A DNA stretch of 62,981 bases, filler included, from Octopus bimaculoides (Eukaryota), in assembly GCF_001194135.2 (NCBI RefSeq). It is 5 parts of 5 records of this genome, joined end to end, with 100 filler letters (N's around TTAATTAATTAA, not from the genome) between each part and the next. Parts side by side here need not be neighbours in the genome. Positions count along the whole stretch, not along the records: positions 25,899 to 38,962 come from NC_068991.1; positions 39,063 to 54,527 come from NC_068981.1; 3 more parts are not named here. One strand, 5' to 3'. Shown in pieces: positions 38,161-49,189 of this stretch (positions are counted from its first letter, which is position 1; every line of letters starts with the position of its first letter). The translations under genes and the position numbers were made by a program. Below the pieces are notes generated by a model that saw nothing but the letters and a program-made list of their open reading frames with translations, made no database searches and was not told the DNA's origin.

Positions 38161-38606
38161 TCTGGGTCAATGTTTAAAATCTTACCTGTTTAAAATCTTA
38201 CCTGATGAAGGTGGATTGTATATCATAGTGTAACCTTTTATGACTGTATTTAATACATAAAATTCTACGAAAACAACTATCATGTGTGTGGTTGTGTGTG
38301 TATGTGTGTGTGTGTGTGTGTATGTGTGTGTGTGTGTGTGCATGTGTGTGTGTAAATATATTACATGACATAACCTTGACCAACCAGACTATGAGATGTT
38401 GTTACACACTGCTAGTTACAATGTGCTTTGCAACATTCTACTCCTCAAGTAACACCACCCCAATGACTAAACGAGCAGACCAACATTTTACTCTTATAAA
38501 TACAGATCAATGCAGTTAGCTGTAACCTAGAAAATAACTTAGACCCACCCCAATATCAGCCCAGATGATACATCCCTCCAAACTCATATATATATCTATA
38601 TATATA

Positions 38607-38940
38607 TCTATATATATAAAAATGAGAATGTGTGTCTGTCTGTCTGTCTGTCTGTGTGAATCCCTAAGACTCGAGAACTACGCAACCAATTTCATTCAAA
38701 TTTTACACATGCCTTACTTAGGGTTCCAGTTGTGTTTTAGTCAAAAAAAATTATTAACTTCTTGCAGAGTTCGAGCACACGGCAACATAATATCTCCTCC
38801 ACTATTTAAGTATTACGTGTCAAAAGTGAAACAAAAACACTCATGTCAAATACGTTCACTTTAAAAATGAAACTATTCCACTAACTGAAACAATCACATT
38901 TCGATACTGTAGTGACAGATACTTTCACAGAGAGAGAAAG
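38607..38940 (+). mobile_element. Non-autonomous Helitron-like 5' end
   Basis: Starts TCTATATATATAAAAATGAGAATG followed by a (GTCT)n microsatellite, a typical 5' layout of non-autonomous Helitrons; truncated by a linker gap. Confidence 0.65.
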
Positions 38941-38962
38941 AGAGAAAGAGAGAGACAGAAAG

Positions 38963-39062
38963 NNNNNNNNNNNNNNNNNNNNNNNNNNNNNNNNNNNNNN
39001 NNNNNNTTAATTAATTAANNNNNNNNNNNNNNNNNNNNNNNNNNNNNNNNNNNNNNNNNNNN
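38963..39062. other. Artificial scaffold linker (44 N + TTAATTAATTAA + 44 N)
   Basis: Same construct as 25799-25898. Confidence 0.95.
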
Positions 39063-39300
39063 TAATAAAAAAAATATTCAGACAAATACATAACAAAAAC
39101 ACCAGGACTTATAAATATATATAACATACAGAAAATTGCACCACTGGGTACTGCACACATTCTACGCAAAACACTTTCAATACAGTAAACATAAGAGCAC
39201 CACAGCAATCCACAGCACATACCTAAGGCGCACAGAGCTGCGCTCGGTAGTGAAGTGAAAGCACGTTATAAAAATAAAACTACTGAACAACAACAATAGC
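39063..39300 (+). mobile_element. 3' end of an R4/Dong-like LINE
   Basis: IYNIQKIAPLGTAHILRKTLSIQ* (stop at 39186-39188), matching the IQKxxLLGTAHILRK C-terminus; 3' UTR ends in a degenerate (AAC/AAT) tail. Confidence 0.85.
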
Positions 39301-39589
39301 TGTAATGGCAACAAAATTAATAACAGTTATAGTGGCAACATTATATTTTAATATCATAAATGAAATGTGCATTTATAATGCAAATAGCTGAATAGGAAAA
39401 AAAAATGTTTAACAAAATAGAAGTGAAAAAGAAATGAAGACAGTAAATTTCTCGAAAGAATAAATATCTCGTTGATTAGAGGAGAGGACGTTGTTTGTTT
39501 ATATCATTCACCAGTGGTTATAGAAACATTATTTTTAAACGTGAGTCTGTTCCATTGATCGGATCAACTAGAACTTGTGTTGAAGGACA

Positions 39590-42050
39590 ATTTTATGATA
39601 TTAAAGCTGTAGGTCACAGCAAATAAAGTAAGGATATTTGACGGCACCAATCTAATTTCTTGCATTAACTTCGACTTTTACGATAGCTGTAGCTCTACGA
39701 TAGCATTCTTTCCGTATTTTCTCGCGCATTTGTAGATACTGCATGCTATTCATCGCACACAGACCTAAACATTAGCAGTTTTCTTGTGATTCTAATTTCC
39801 TGATTATAGCAATCTTGTCTAGTTGTATGTTGTAGATTTTCAAGTGTTTTCCTTTAAAGAATGTGGCTGTTGCGTATTTATGAAGGGTAAACTCCATTTC
39901 ATATTGTCACCAAATTGCTCTACAATAGTTAAAGCCGTTCCATTCGCTGATTAACTTTCGAGAAAAGCTTTACACCATGCATGTTAAGGACGTGATTGTT
40001 TGATCTGTCGTTTATTTTGCATTCATGTTTTGTATCGTTTAACACCTTACGCAGGGGAATGAGTGTCACGAGAAAGAGATTTGGTGAAAAAGAAGAATTC
40101 CCCTGAAAAATGCTGCAGTTTATATCAAATTATATCAATATCACCATCATTCACAATACCCGCCTCTAAATTCAGCATAAAGGTGCCTTCCAGAGCTTCA
40201 TACAGTTTGATAGAAAATTACCAATAACCGGAGAGATTTTATAGATTTCCATGCTCTTCTCAACCCATCTATAAAGAAGGCTATCAAACACTTTTTTGTA
40301 ATCAATCCATGAAGTTGAAAGATTTTTATACTGTTTACTGCAGTTCTCAAGAATTATTGTATTGATTAAAAGCTGGATTTTACAACTTTATGAGCCACAT
40401 TTACAGCCTTTTTGTTCGTTGGGATATATCTTGTTAACCATCAGGAAGCTAGCTACATTTATGTGCATTCAGAATTGATGTATGTTAGTATTTTGCATGG
40501 CTGTTAGACGTAATCGGTCGATAGATTTGGGGTTTATTTGTTTCATCACTTCTGGCAAGTAAGTCACTTTATTTATCAACCAGGGAGGGATTTTTCCAGG
40601 ACCATGCATAATGCTCTTGTATCGATGGATCAGTCTCTCATGGTGTTCAAGGGAGGGTATTTAGCCAGAAGCAAGGGTTGCTATCTTTTCCAGGTGATTT
40701 CCGTTTGTTTGAGACTCGGTGCAGTCTCAAATCTTAGACAGAGATACCTTCATATTTGTCCAGTGTCTCTGAATTGCTGATAAATCCTGGGATCATCTCA
40801 TTTGCGTTCTTTGGGATTCGACTACAATGATTTCCAAAATGTTGGGGATTCCTCCTCTGTGGGTGTGGTTTTAACAGTTACATAAAATATTACAGTTTTT
40901 CTATAAAAGTTTTTAGGGTGGTTTCGAAATATACTGTTATTCTTGAAGTAATTTGATCTTCTGAACTTCCTAATATGTACTGCTTTGGCTTGGATCATTT
41001 GCTTGATTATTATTTTTTTATATTGCTTCATCGATTTCACTTCTTTTTTATGCCCTATTTCCTTTTCAGTTTCATAGCTTTTGGTATCTTAACATTTTCT
41101 TTACTCTTGATGATTCGGAGTATTTTAATATCCGATCTATGCACATTAATTGTATTTTTAATTCTCTGCTGTCATGCTGGTTTCCTGTTTATATGTTGAA
41201 TGTTTCTCTTTACTTTAATGCTACACAGTGCAATGGTTATTGAAGCTGGTGCATAAAGTAGATTATTCAGTGGGAAAAAAACTTCATTTTCATTCAAGAT
41301 GGATTTTATAACTGCATTTATCTTACTATTACTCTACCATTTTTATTTGAGCTGCAAACCTTGGAAAGGTCATTGCACTCACTCAATTCGGTGTGCTTAA
41401 CCTTGAACCAATCTGATCCAATTTTTTTGTCTTAAGGTTGTCAAATCCAGTGTTTGTGTTTGCATTTGTACTGTAATCGATGTTCATTTAGATTAGCGTC
41501 AGTGACTATTTTCCCAAATATCTTAGTTTTGGCATGTCCTGTAGTACATCTATCCCCCATCCAATATATATATATATATACATTGCAGTATAATAGGTCT
41601 ATAGAACGACGTCCTTGTTTTCTTACCTCGTCCATTTTTGTCTTGTTTTAGCTTTATCAAATAATGATAGTGTGCACAAAGGACCATGGTTTGGAGGTAT
41701 CCTGTTAAAGAGAGCCTTCAAGTCTGTGGCTTGGAAAGGCATGAAATCATCATTAGCGAGCTTTCAAATCTAGATCGTTTTGACTCTGAGGGGCTCAGTA
41801 ATTTTATATCCGGGCGACGACTGATTGGCATCCATTTTCTTTACTAGGCATTTTCGAAATATTTGCGTATTGTTCTTATCAAGGTGGTACTTTTATAGTA
41901 ATCCCAACACGTGGAGTCCCTGCTAGGCAGGAGACAATTCTCTGTTTTTCCCCTTTTATCTTAGATTACTACCATTATTTTTATGAAATCATAATATTTC
42001 ATAGCATTGTATGGATTTCTTGCATCATAGTACATAACAACTTCGTGTAC
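39590..42050 (-). mobile_element. Large decayed R4/Dong-like non-LTR retrotransposon (N-terminal region plus RT; C-terminal endonuclease missing)
   Basis: Motifs with many stops and frameshifts: KWTR*ENKDVV, LNNLLYA, KQMIQAKAVHIRKFRRSNYFKNNSIFRNHPKNFYR, FWKS, LSTSWIDYKKVFDS, SIFQGNSSFSPNLF, NHVLNMHGVKLF. Confidence 0.9.
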
Positions 42051-42062
42051 CTCAGTTCTTTA

Positions 42063-42284
42063 TTCTTTTATTCTTTTACTTGTTTCAGTCATTTGACTGC
42101 GGCTATGTTGGAGCACCACCTTGACGGGTTTTAGTCGAACATATGGACTCCAGGACTTGTTTTTTTTTAAAACTCAGTACTTATTCTCTCAGCATCTTTT
42201 GCCTAACCGTAAACACACCAACACCGGTTGTCAAGTGGTGATGGAGAACAAACACAGACACCAAGACACACACACACACGCGTG

Positions 42285-42339
<55 letters not shown>

Positions 42340-42492
42340 CGGGCTTCTTTCAGTTTCCGTCTACGAAATCTACTCACAAGGCTTTAGTCGGTCCGAGGCT
42401 ATAGCAGAAGACACTTGACCAAGGTGTCATGCAGTGGGACTGAACCCGGAACCATGTGAATGGGAAGCAAGCTTCTTATCATACAACCACGT
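42063..42492 (-). mobile_element. SINE family B, full length, with internal (CA)n tract
   Basis: Aligns end to end with 23203-23600. Confidence 0.93.
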
Positions 42493-42629
42493 CTGTTGTA
42501 TAGAGTAATTTTCTATTTGTTTTTTATTATGCTATTTGTGAACATTTCTCTGTTGATTTATATAGATGTGGGAAGGTGCTTTTAAATGTAGGTCTTGTAC
42601 TAGTAAGGTTTCTGTTTAGTACCATTCGT

Positions 42630-42815
42630 TAGTGCGTCGGTCAAAATGCTTAGCAGCATTTCTTTTCGGCTTTTTTATGTCCTTAGTTCAGACCCTGCCA
42701 AGATCGACTTTGCTTTTTAATCTATCGGGGTCGATAAAATAAATACCAGTTGAGCACTGGGGTTGATTTAGTCAAGTATCTCCCGCCCATTACTGGCTTT
42801 TTGCCAAATTTGTAA
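42630..42815 (+). mobile_element. SINE family A, diverged
   Basis: AAATGCTTAGCAGCATTT...ATCGACTTTGCTTT...GGGGTCGATAAAATAAATACCAGTTGAGCACTGGGG. Confidence 0.8.
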
Positions 42816-43681
42816 CCATTAATAAATGTTTACAGATACCAGAAATCAGGTTTTGAACAAACATAGATAAGGAGAGAAGAAGTGACAACGGAAAGAAGAA
42901 AGAATGAGACAGAGAGATAGATGATAAAAATACATAAATATCATTAATCTATAAATAGATTCAGTAGAAGTTCATTGGAAAAGAAAAGATAGAATAGAAT
43001 AGAAGATTATTATTTAAAGTAAGTTGTTATTTGCTTTTTGATAGAGCTAGTATTGGTCGAACTTGTAAGTAAGGTCAACGTAGGGTCAAAGTATGTGACA
43101 GAAGTAGCAGGAGCTATTGATATTTAGTACTTTTATTGTATGGAAGTGGTGGTAAATTTGATATTAGGAGCGAGCCAGGAAGAAAAACTGGCTAACTTGT
43201 CTCACACGCTGCTTCTATTTGTTTTTCCCGATAAATAGATAAAATAAATATATGCATCATTGCTGTATTTACAACATTTAATGGGCGTGTTTTGCGGTGG
43301 TATAAATCTTGCTGGAAGTGTTTAACAGTTTTACAGCGAATCATGAAAACAATTGACTAACTTTGTTTCAATTGCTATTTGTATTTGTCACCTTGGATAG
43401 GGCAATGAATAAATATATACATCGCTGCTATGTCTGCAGCATTTAATGAGCGTATTTTGAAGTGATATAAATTCTCTTCGGGGTTTGGCTACTCAGTTTG
43501 GCTACGTAGTTTAGGCTATGTAGTTTTGGCTCCGTAGTTTTGGCTTTCATAGATGTGTAGCTTGTTAAGATTTCAACTGTTCGTCTCCTGTACTTGATTT
43601 CAGTTCTGGAGAGCGTTCTGAATTTTGAATTTTGCAGGGACATAAATGCAACCTGCGGTGCGTCAATATTTTCCTGGTGAT

Positions 43682-43915
43682 AAGGCGGTGAGCTGGCAGA
43701 AACGTTAGCATGCCGGACGAAATGCTTAGCGGTATTTCGTCTGCCGTTACGTTCTGAGTTCAAATTCCGCCGAGGTCGACTTTGCTTTTCATCCTTTCGG
43801 GGTCGATAAATTAAGTACCAGTTACTCACTGGGGTCACTGTAAACGACTTAATCCATTTGTCTGTCCTTGTTTGTCCCCTCTAGGTTTAGCCCCTTGTGG
43901 GCAATAAAGAAATAA
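43682..43915 (+). mobile_element. SINE family A, full length, low divergence (tail type 1)
   Basis: GGCGGTGAGCTGGCAGAAACGTTAG...GAGTTCAAATTCCGCC...GCAATAAAGAAATAAG. Confidence 0.95.
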
Positions 43916-44115
43916 GAAACGTTAGTACGCCGGGCGAAATGCTTAGCGCTATTTTCGTTTGTCTTTACGTTCTAAGTTCAAATTCGCCGAAGTCGACTTT
44001 GCCTTTCATCCTTTCGGGGTCGATAAATTAAGTACCAGTTGCGTACTGGGGTCGATTTAATCGACTGGTCCCCTCCCCCAAAATGTCGGGCCTTGTGCCT
44101 AGAGTAGAAAAGAAT
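43916..44115 (+). mobile_element. SINE family A (tail type 2), fused directly to the previous copy
   Basis: GAAACGTTAGTACGCCGGGCG...CTGGTCCCCTCCCCCAAAATGTCGGGCCTTGTGCCTAGAGTAGAAAAG. Confidence 0.93.
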
Positions 44116-44320
44116 ATTTTTGTTGGTGATGAAAGAAAGCAGTTGTTTGAGTGTACAGGAAACAAAAAGAAATTATATACTTACGGAAAATCGTAGACTC
44201 TGATTTTCATTTTAAGTGTTCTACAATTTCTCTTCATCTTTCTGGTTAGGTCTTGATATTTCTCAAATTTCTCAGCTTGCTGCAAAATTTGAAACCATTA
44301 TTATTATTATTATTATCATT

Positions 44321-44875
44321 GAGTGAGAGAGCAGTGCATGCCATCAAAGTGACACTGGGGTAAAATATACGAAGCCCAGTATATCCATCATGACTACTCA
44401 TCTGATAAGGGTACACCAGGCACATGCATCACAACCATATGTGCGTGACATGGTGATCTCATATCGAGATAAACAGTGCATGACCTTGCAGGTGGGGCCC
44501 AGTTAGAAAATTTTTCAGGTCGAGTAGCCCATCCAGCTCAAAAGGTCCCTGAAGAAGGGTCATTTAAAGATGTTGAACAAAACACCCATGTTTCCAGAGG
44601 TGAATTATTCAAACCCCAAAGGATTCCCTCAACACATGACTATGATGCTCCCCCACTACTTCTGCCTGTGATCAGAGATGCACGCATCGTCAGCCACTAA
44701 TGGACATGCTCGACTGGTTAAGGTCAAACAACTGACAAGCAAATCTGAGGTATTGAGTAGAATATTTGCTGTAGCCCATCTTTTATACCAATATAAAACA
44801 GTGTACATGATAGCGCTGTCAATCAGTTACGCTCAGAAGCCATGAGAGCCATTGCCTGGTACTGCATCAGGGCAC
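44321..44875 (-). mobile_element. 555-bp interspersed element embedded in (AAT)n; probable non-autonomous retroposon
   Basis: Flanked on both sides by (ATT)n; its 3' terminus recurs at 18661; no tRNA boxes, TIRs or recognisable ORF seen. Confidence 0.6.
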
Positions 44876-44949
44876 TTATTATTATTATTATTATGGCAGA
44901 ATCGCTACCGCGCTATTATTATTATTACTATTATTATTATTATTATTAT

Positions 44950-45140
44950 TGCAGAATCGTTACCACGCAGATAAAATGCTCTGTAGCATTTCTTCTGGTT
45001 CTTTACTTTCCGAGTTCAAGTTCCACCGAGGCTGACTTTGCTGTTCATCCTTTCCGGGTCGAAAAAGTAAGTATCAGTCGAGCGCTGGGGTCGTTATAAT
45101 CGACTGGCGCCCTGCCTCAAAATTCCAGTCCTTGTGTCTT
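44950..45140 (+). mobile_element. SINE family A, diverged
   Basis: GCAGAATCGTTA...GAGTTCAAGTTCCACCGAGGCTGACTTTGC...CATCCTTTCCGGGTCGA. Confidence 0.82.
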
Positions 45141-45243
45141 ATAGTTCCCACAAAAAAAAAACAAAAAAAAAACAGAACTACAGAATTTTGCCTCAGAACT
45201 TTCCATTGTTGCAGGGACTTTTATAAAATTTTTCAGATAGGTA

Positions 45244-45418
45244 CAGAGACAGACAGAAAGATAAATAAATAGATAGATAGAAAGATAAATAGATTGATAG
45301 AAAGATAAATAGATAGATAGATAGTTTGGTATGTAGCTATGTAGACAGGTAGGTAGGGAAATGGATATGTAGATTGGTAGGTAGGTAGGTGGTAGACAGA
45401 TTGATTGATTGATTGATT
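45244..45418. repeat. Compound (GATA)/(GGTA)/(GATT) microsatellite
   Basis: Direct reading. Confidence 0.9.
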
Positions 45419-45561
45419 GTCCGTTCAATACTGCTTATGTAGATTTTTACATCCTTTCAAGAGTCAAATATCAGAAAGATATACAATTTCATAATAAAAT
45501 TTTCAAAATTACTGCGGAATTTCCACGAGTGCTGATACTCGTTGATATTATTAAGGGAGAA

Positions 45562-45695
45562 TCTTTAGCACGCCGGGCAAAATGTTTACTGGCATTTCGT
45601 CTGCCTCCGTTCAAATTCCGCCGGGATCGATTTTGTCTTTCATAATTTCAGGGTCGATAAAATAAGTACCATTTGAGCACTGGGGTCGATGTAAT
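45562..45695 (+). mobile_element. SINE family A, partial
   Basis: TTAGCACGCCGGGCAAAATG...GGGTCGATAAAATAAGTACCATTTGAGCACTGGGGTCGAT. Confidence 0.82.
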
Positions 45696-45910
45696 TGACC
45701 ATCACGCAAATTGCAAGCCCAGCACTGGATTTTTTCGCGTACCACTGTATGGTATTTCTTCTTAAATATTCATCCGGGTTCGGACGAAAAATATTGCTCT
45801 GTTTTTAGGTAAATTATATATTTTTCTTATTTTTCAACATAAAGAAAATGTCAACGATAAACAGCATAAATAGGTGAATAAAAAAAATATAAAGTGAACA
45901 TGAAAAATTC

Positions 45911-45970
45911 CATAAAAACAAAAGATATTGCATAAAAACAAAAGATATTGCATAAAAACAAAAGATATTT
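45911..45970. repeat. Three copies of the 20-bp unit CATAAAAACAAAAGATATTG
   Basis: Direct reading. Confidence 0.93.
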
Positions 45971-46499
45971 AAACAAGCAAGACGCGTGTTTAAATGGTAA
46001 AAAAAATGATTTGAATATCGATAACGACATAAATACGTTACAATCTCATCCCTTCTTGATTATAGAACGTGTAAACGAGTCACTATTATTATGACAAAGA
46101 GTGAAGTATCAGGAATAATCAATACTGATCAATAAGCATCTATTATTAAAAGTACCCTACCATCATTTTTAAGAGTATATCTTGGACGACATTATTGTAT
46201 GCTCCTTCATTATTTAAGACAGTAGTATGTGATTTGAAAGAAGTTTTACTGCTGTTTTTATCGCCTGCCAGGTCGGGTGGCCAAATCCTTTCATTCATTC
46301 GTCCATCCACCCAGCCTTTTTCACCTCCTACTATTCCTAGGAGGGTCGTGGGTGTAAAGTCCTCAGGCATCTCCATTGAGTTCTAACAGAAGCGACCGTC
46401 ATTAAACTTTCCCGCTGGATTTCCAAGCGTGACCAACTGAGTCAATGGATAGGATAAGGATAAAAGCCCTTCTCGAATCATATAGACTCTGACGTATAT

Positions 46500-46682
46500 A
46501 TTACTCCTTGCACAAGAAGCCGGTCCGTTGCAAGATGACTCATTATCACTAGCTGAGGGGACTGGAGCAACGTGAAATGAAGTGTTCTGCTCAAGAATAC
46601 AACGTGTCGCCCGGTCCAGGAATGAAACCACAATCTTACGATCATGAGTCCAACACGCCTAACCACTAAGCACACGCCTTCA
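46500..46682 (-). mobile_element. SINE family C copy
   Basis: Minus strand TGAAGGCGTGTGCTTAGTGGTTAGG...CCTGGACCGGGCGACACGTTGTATTCTTGAGCAGAACACTTCA. Confidence 0.85.
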
Positions 46683-47727
46683 CAGCCAATGGATACTATG
46701 CAACCATCTCGCTCTTGGTCTATCCATTTAGGTCTCCTATCAGTTGGCTCGGATTGAAGAACCTGTCTTGCGATAATTTCCTGCGACATTCTAACCACAT
46801 TACATGCTCCTTAAAAATTTCTAGCTCCTTTCTGTATTGTTTTGTTAAAATGTCATCACAGTTGTCTGGGATTGATAAAAAATAATCATCAGTCATTTGG
46901 TGGGATCAGTGCAACAGACTTTATTCCACTTCACAAATGCCAGAATTTGTGCGAATTAAAGAAATTATTATAACAAATGCAGAAGAGGGGTAGAAAGTAG
47001 AGTCTATAGAATGCCCGACAAAAAAATTTTTTTCTAGTATTTTCTCATGTCAATTTATATCCTGTGGCTGGCTTTGTCTAGCATTCCACTATTCAGACAT
47101 CACCTCTTTTAGCAAATGTGTTCCAATGTAAGAGAGTGAGATTATGGGAATGTAGATAACCAGCTTACAGGATTAAGCTTCTTTCGACTAAATACCAGTA
47201 ATTCGTTTGACTTAGCTCAAAAGAAAATTAATGTTTGAGGTTTTGACTTACGAAACGACTATTAAGCAAAATATCGCGAGGGCTGAAGACTAAGAAGTAA
47301 GCTCCTGGCAGTCGAACTTTTGACATTGTCCTGGTTGTCGACTGTAGCCAGCAACCATTATACAAAGTACACATTGATCTTGACAAAGATACGAGCGTTA
47401 AACACTTCTTCCCATATTTTCTCGCTAAATGACTTCGAGGCCGCGTGTTCGTGTGAGAAATCAATATTGTGCTTTAATGATAATTAAATGATTTTTATCG
47501 ATCTGCAGAGATGAAAGGAAGAGTCGATAGCCTGGAGGAGAAGATCTAAACTAAAAGTTGCAAGACACCAAAGTAGATAGCGTATAATGTTTGACCTAGA
47601 ATTCCAACCTTGTATCAAATCTGAGGGCAATAAAGACAAGTTAAAACTACTTACTTTTCACATAATGAATATGATTACTATGGCAGTTCATCAATTTTGA
47701 AGATGTATTCATTGGTAGATATGAACT

Positions 47728-48098
47728 TGATGTGTGTTGGCACTCCGTCGCTTACGACGTCGAGGGTCCCAGTTGATCCGATCAACGGAATAGCCTGCTC
47801 GTGAAATTAACGTGCAAGTGGCTGAGCACTCCACAGACACGTGTACCTTTAACGTAGTTCTCGGGGATATTCAGCGTGACACAGTGTGACAAGGCTGACC
47901 CTTGAATTACAGGCACAACATAAACATAAGTAAGAGTGAGAGAAAGTTGTGGTGAAAAAGTACAGCAGGGTTCGCCACCATCCCCTGCCGGAGCCTCGTG
48001 GAGCTTTAGGTGTTTTCGCTCAATAAACACTCAATCGAAACCGCGAACTTATGACCGCGAGTCCGCTGCCCTAACTACTGGGTCATTGCGCCTCCACA
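47728..48098 (-). mobile_element. tRNA-derived SINE, family D
   Basis: Minus strand head GGAGGCGCAATGACCCAGTAGTTAGGGCAGCGGACTCGCGG...GTTTCGATT (A and B boxes), unique body, ends GACGTCGTAAGCGACGGAGTGCCAACAC. Confidence 0.8.
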
Positions 48099-48303
48099 TG
48101 AACTTGATACGGCAAGAGATAAAGAGTTCTGTCAGCTTAATTCTATAGTTGTTGTCATTGTTTAGCTGCAGATCGTCTGATTCAGTAAACCCATGTTCCA
48201 GTAGTGACCACCCTAACCTTTTCAGGCACAGTGTATTCCTTTCTATGACGGTTGTATTTTGTTGGGCTGTTTAAATACTATATCTAGTGTTAATTTCCTT
48301 TCT

Positions 48304-48460
48304 AATTTTGGCAGAATGCCAGCAATTTTGAGGGAGGGAGAAGTACTTGTACTTTATTTTATTGACCCCGAAAAGATGAAAGGCAAAGTTGATCTCGGCG
48401 GGATTTGAACTCAGAACGTAAAGATTCAGGAGAAATACTGCTACGCATTTATTTCTGGTG
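48304..48460 (-). mobile_element. SINE family A copy
   Basis: GACCCCGAAAAGATGAAAGGCAAAGTTGATCTCGGCGGGATTTGAACTCAGAACGTAAAG. Confidence 0.88.
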
Positions 48461-48482
48461 CATATATAACCATTATCTAAGT

Positions 48483-48692
48483 TGGCGAGCTGGCAGAATC
48501 GACAACACACCGGGCAAATGCTTAGTGGTATTTCGTCCGTCTTTACGGTTTGAGTTCAAATTCCGTCAAGGTCGACTTTGCCTTTCATCCTTTCGGATCG
48601 ATAAATTAAGTACTAGTTGCGTACTGGGGTCGACCTAATCGACTGGCCCCCTCCTCCCAAAATTTCTGGCCTTGTGCCTAGAGTAGAAAAGG
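48483..48692 (+). mobile_element. SINE family A, full length (tail type 2)
   Basis: GGCGAGCTGGCAGAATCG...GGCCTTGTGCCTAGAGTAGAAAAG. Confidence 0.93.
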
Positions 48693-48703
48693 ATCGATAG
48701 TAT

Positions 48704-48880
48704 ACCGGGCAAATGCTTAACGGCATTTCGTTCGTCTTTACGTTCTGAGTTCAAATTCCGCCAAGGTCGACTTTGCCTTTCATTTTTTCGGGGTCGAGGA
48801 AAGTACCAGTTGAGCACTGGGGTCGATGTAATCGATTTACAACCTCCCCGAACTTGCTGACCTTGTGCCAAAATTTGAAT
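48704..48880 (+). mobile_element. SINE family A, 5'-truncated, tandem with the previous copy
   Basis: CCGGGCAAATGCTTAA...GAGTTCAAATTCCGCC...CTGGGGTCGATGTAATCGA. Confidence 0.9.
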
Positions 48881-49189
48881 CCAATATTAAAGCATAATGT
48901 CTCCCGGATTATATTATACAATGCATTCATGTGTGCTCGCACGCACGAGTGTACAGTCAACTGTCACTAATATGGCCACCGGTAACCCGATTCTACGGCT
49001 AATTCGGACATAATTTCCAGTCCGGCGCACACACCTGCCGCCATCATTTCGTAGCATCGACTGTTCGCGTAAATACTGGAAAAGCATTTCTACTTGTTTA
49101 GCAGTATCTATTATTAAAACCTGCTCAAGGGCGGTGAGCTGCAAGAATCGTTGGAACGTCAGAAGATATGTCTTGTAGTGTTTATTCCG

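Noticed and set aside
35345-38240. Other CTGATGA occurrences (35351, 38202; also 15352 and 23845 on the minus strand) as hammerhead cores
   Set aside because: No correctly placed GAAA, stem II or stem III.
47228-47464. Minus-strand ORF ending at a perfect GTAAGT donor (~47250), and a plus-strand FDIVLVVDCSQ motif resembling a VWA strand
   Set aside because: No recognisable homology; the VWA-like motif lacks the DxSxS pattern and is bounded by stops.
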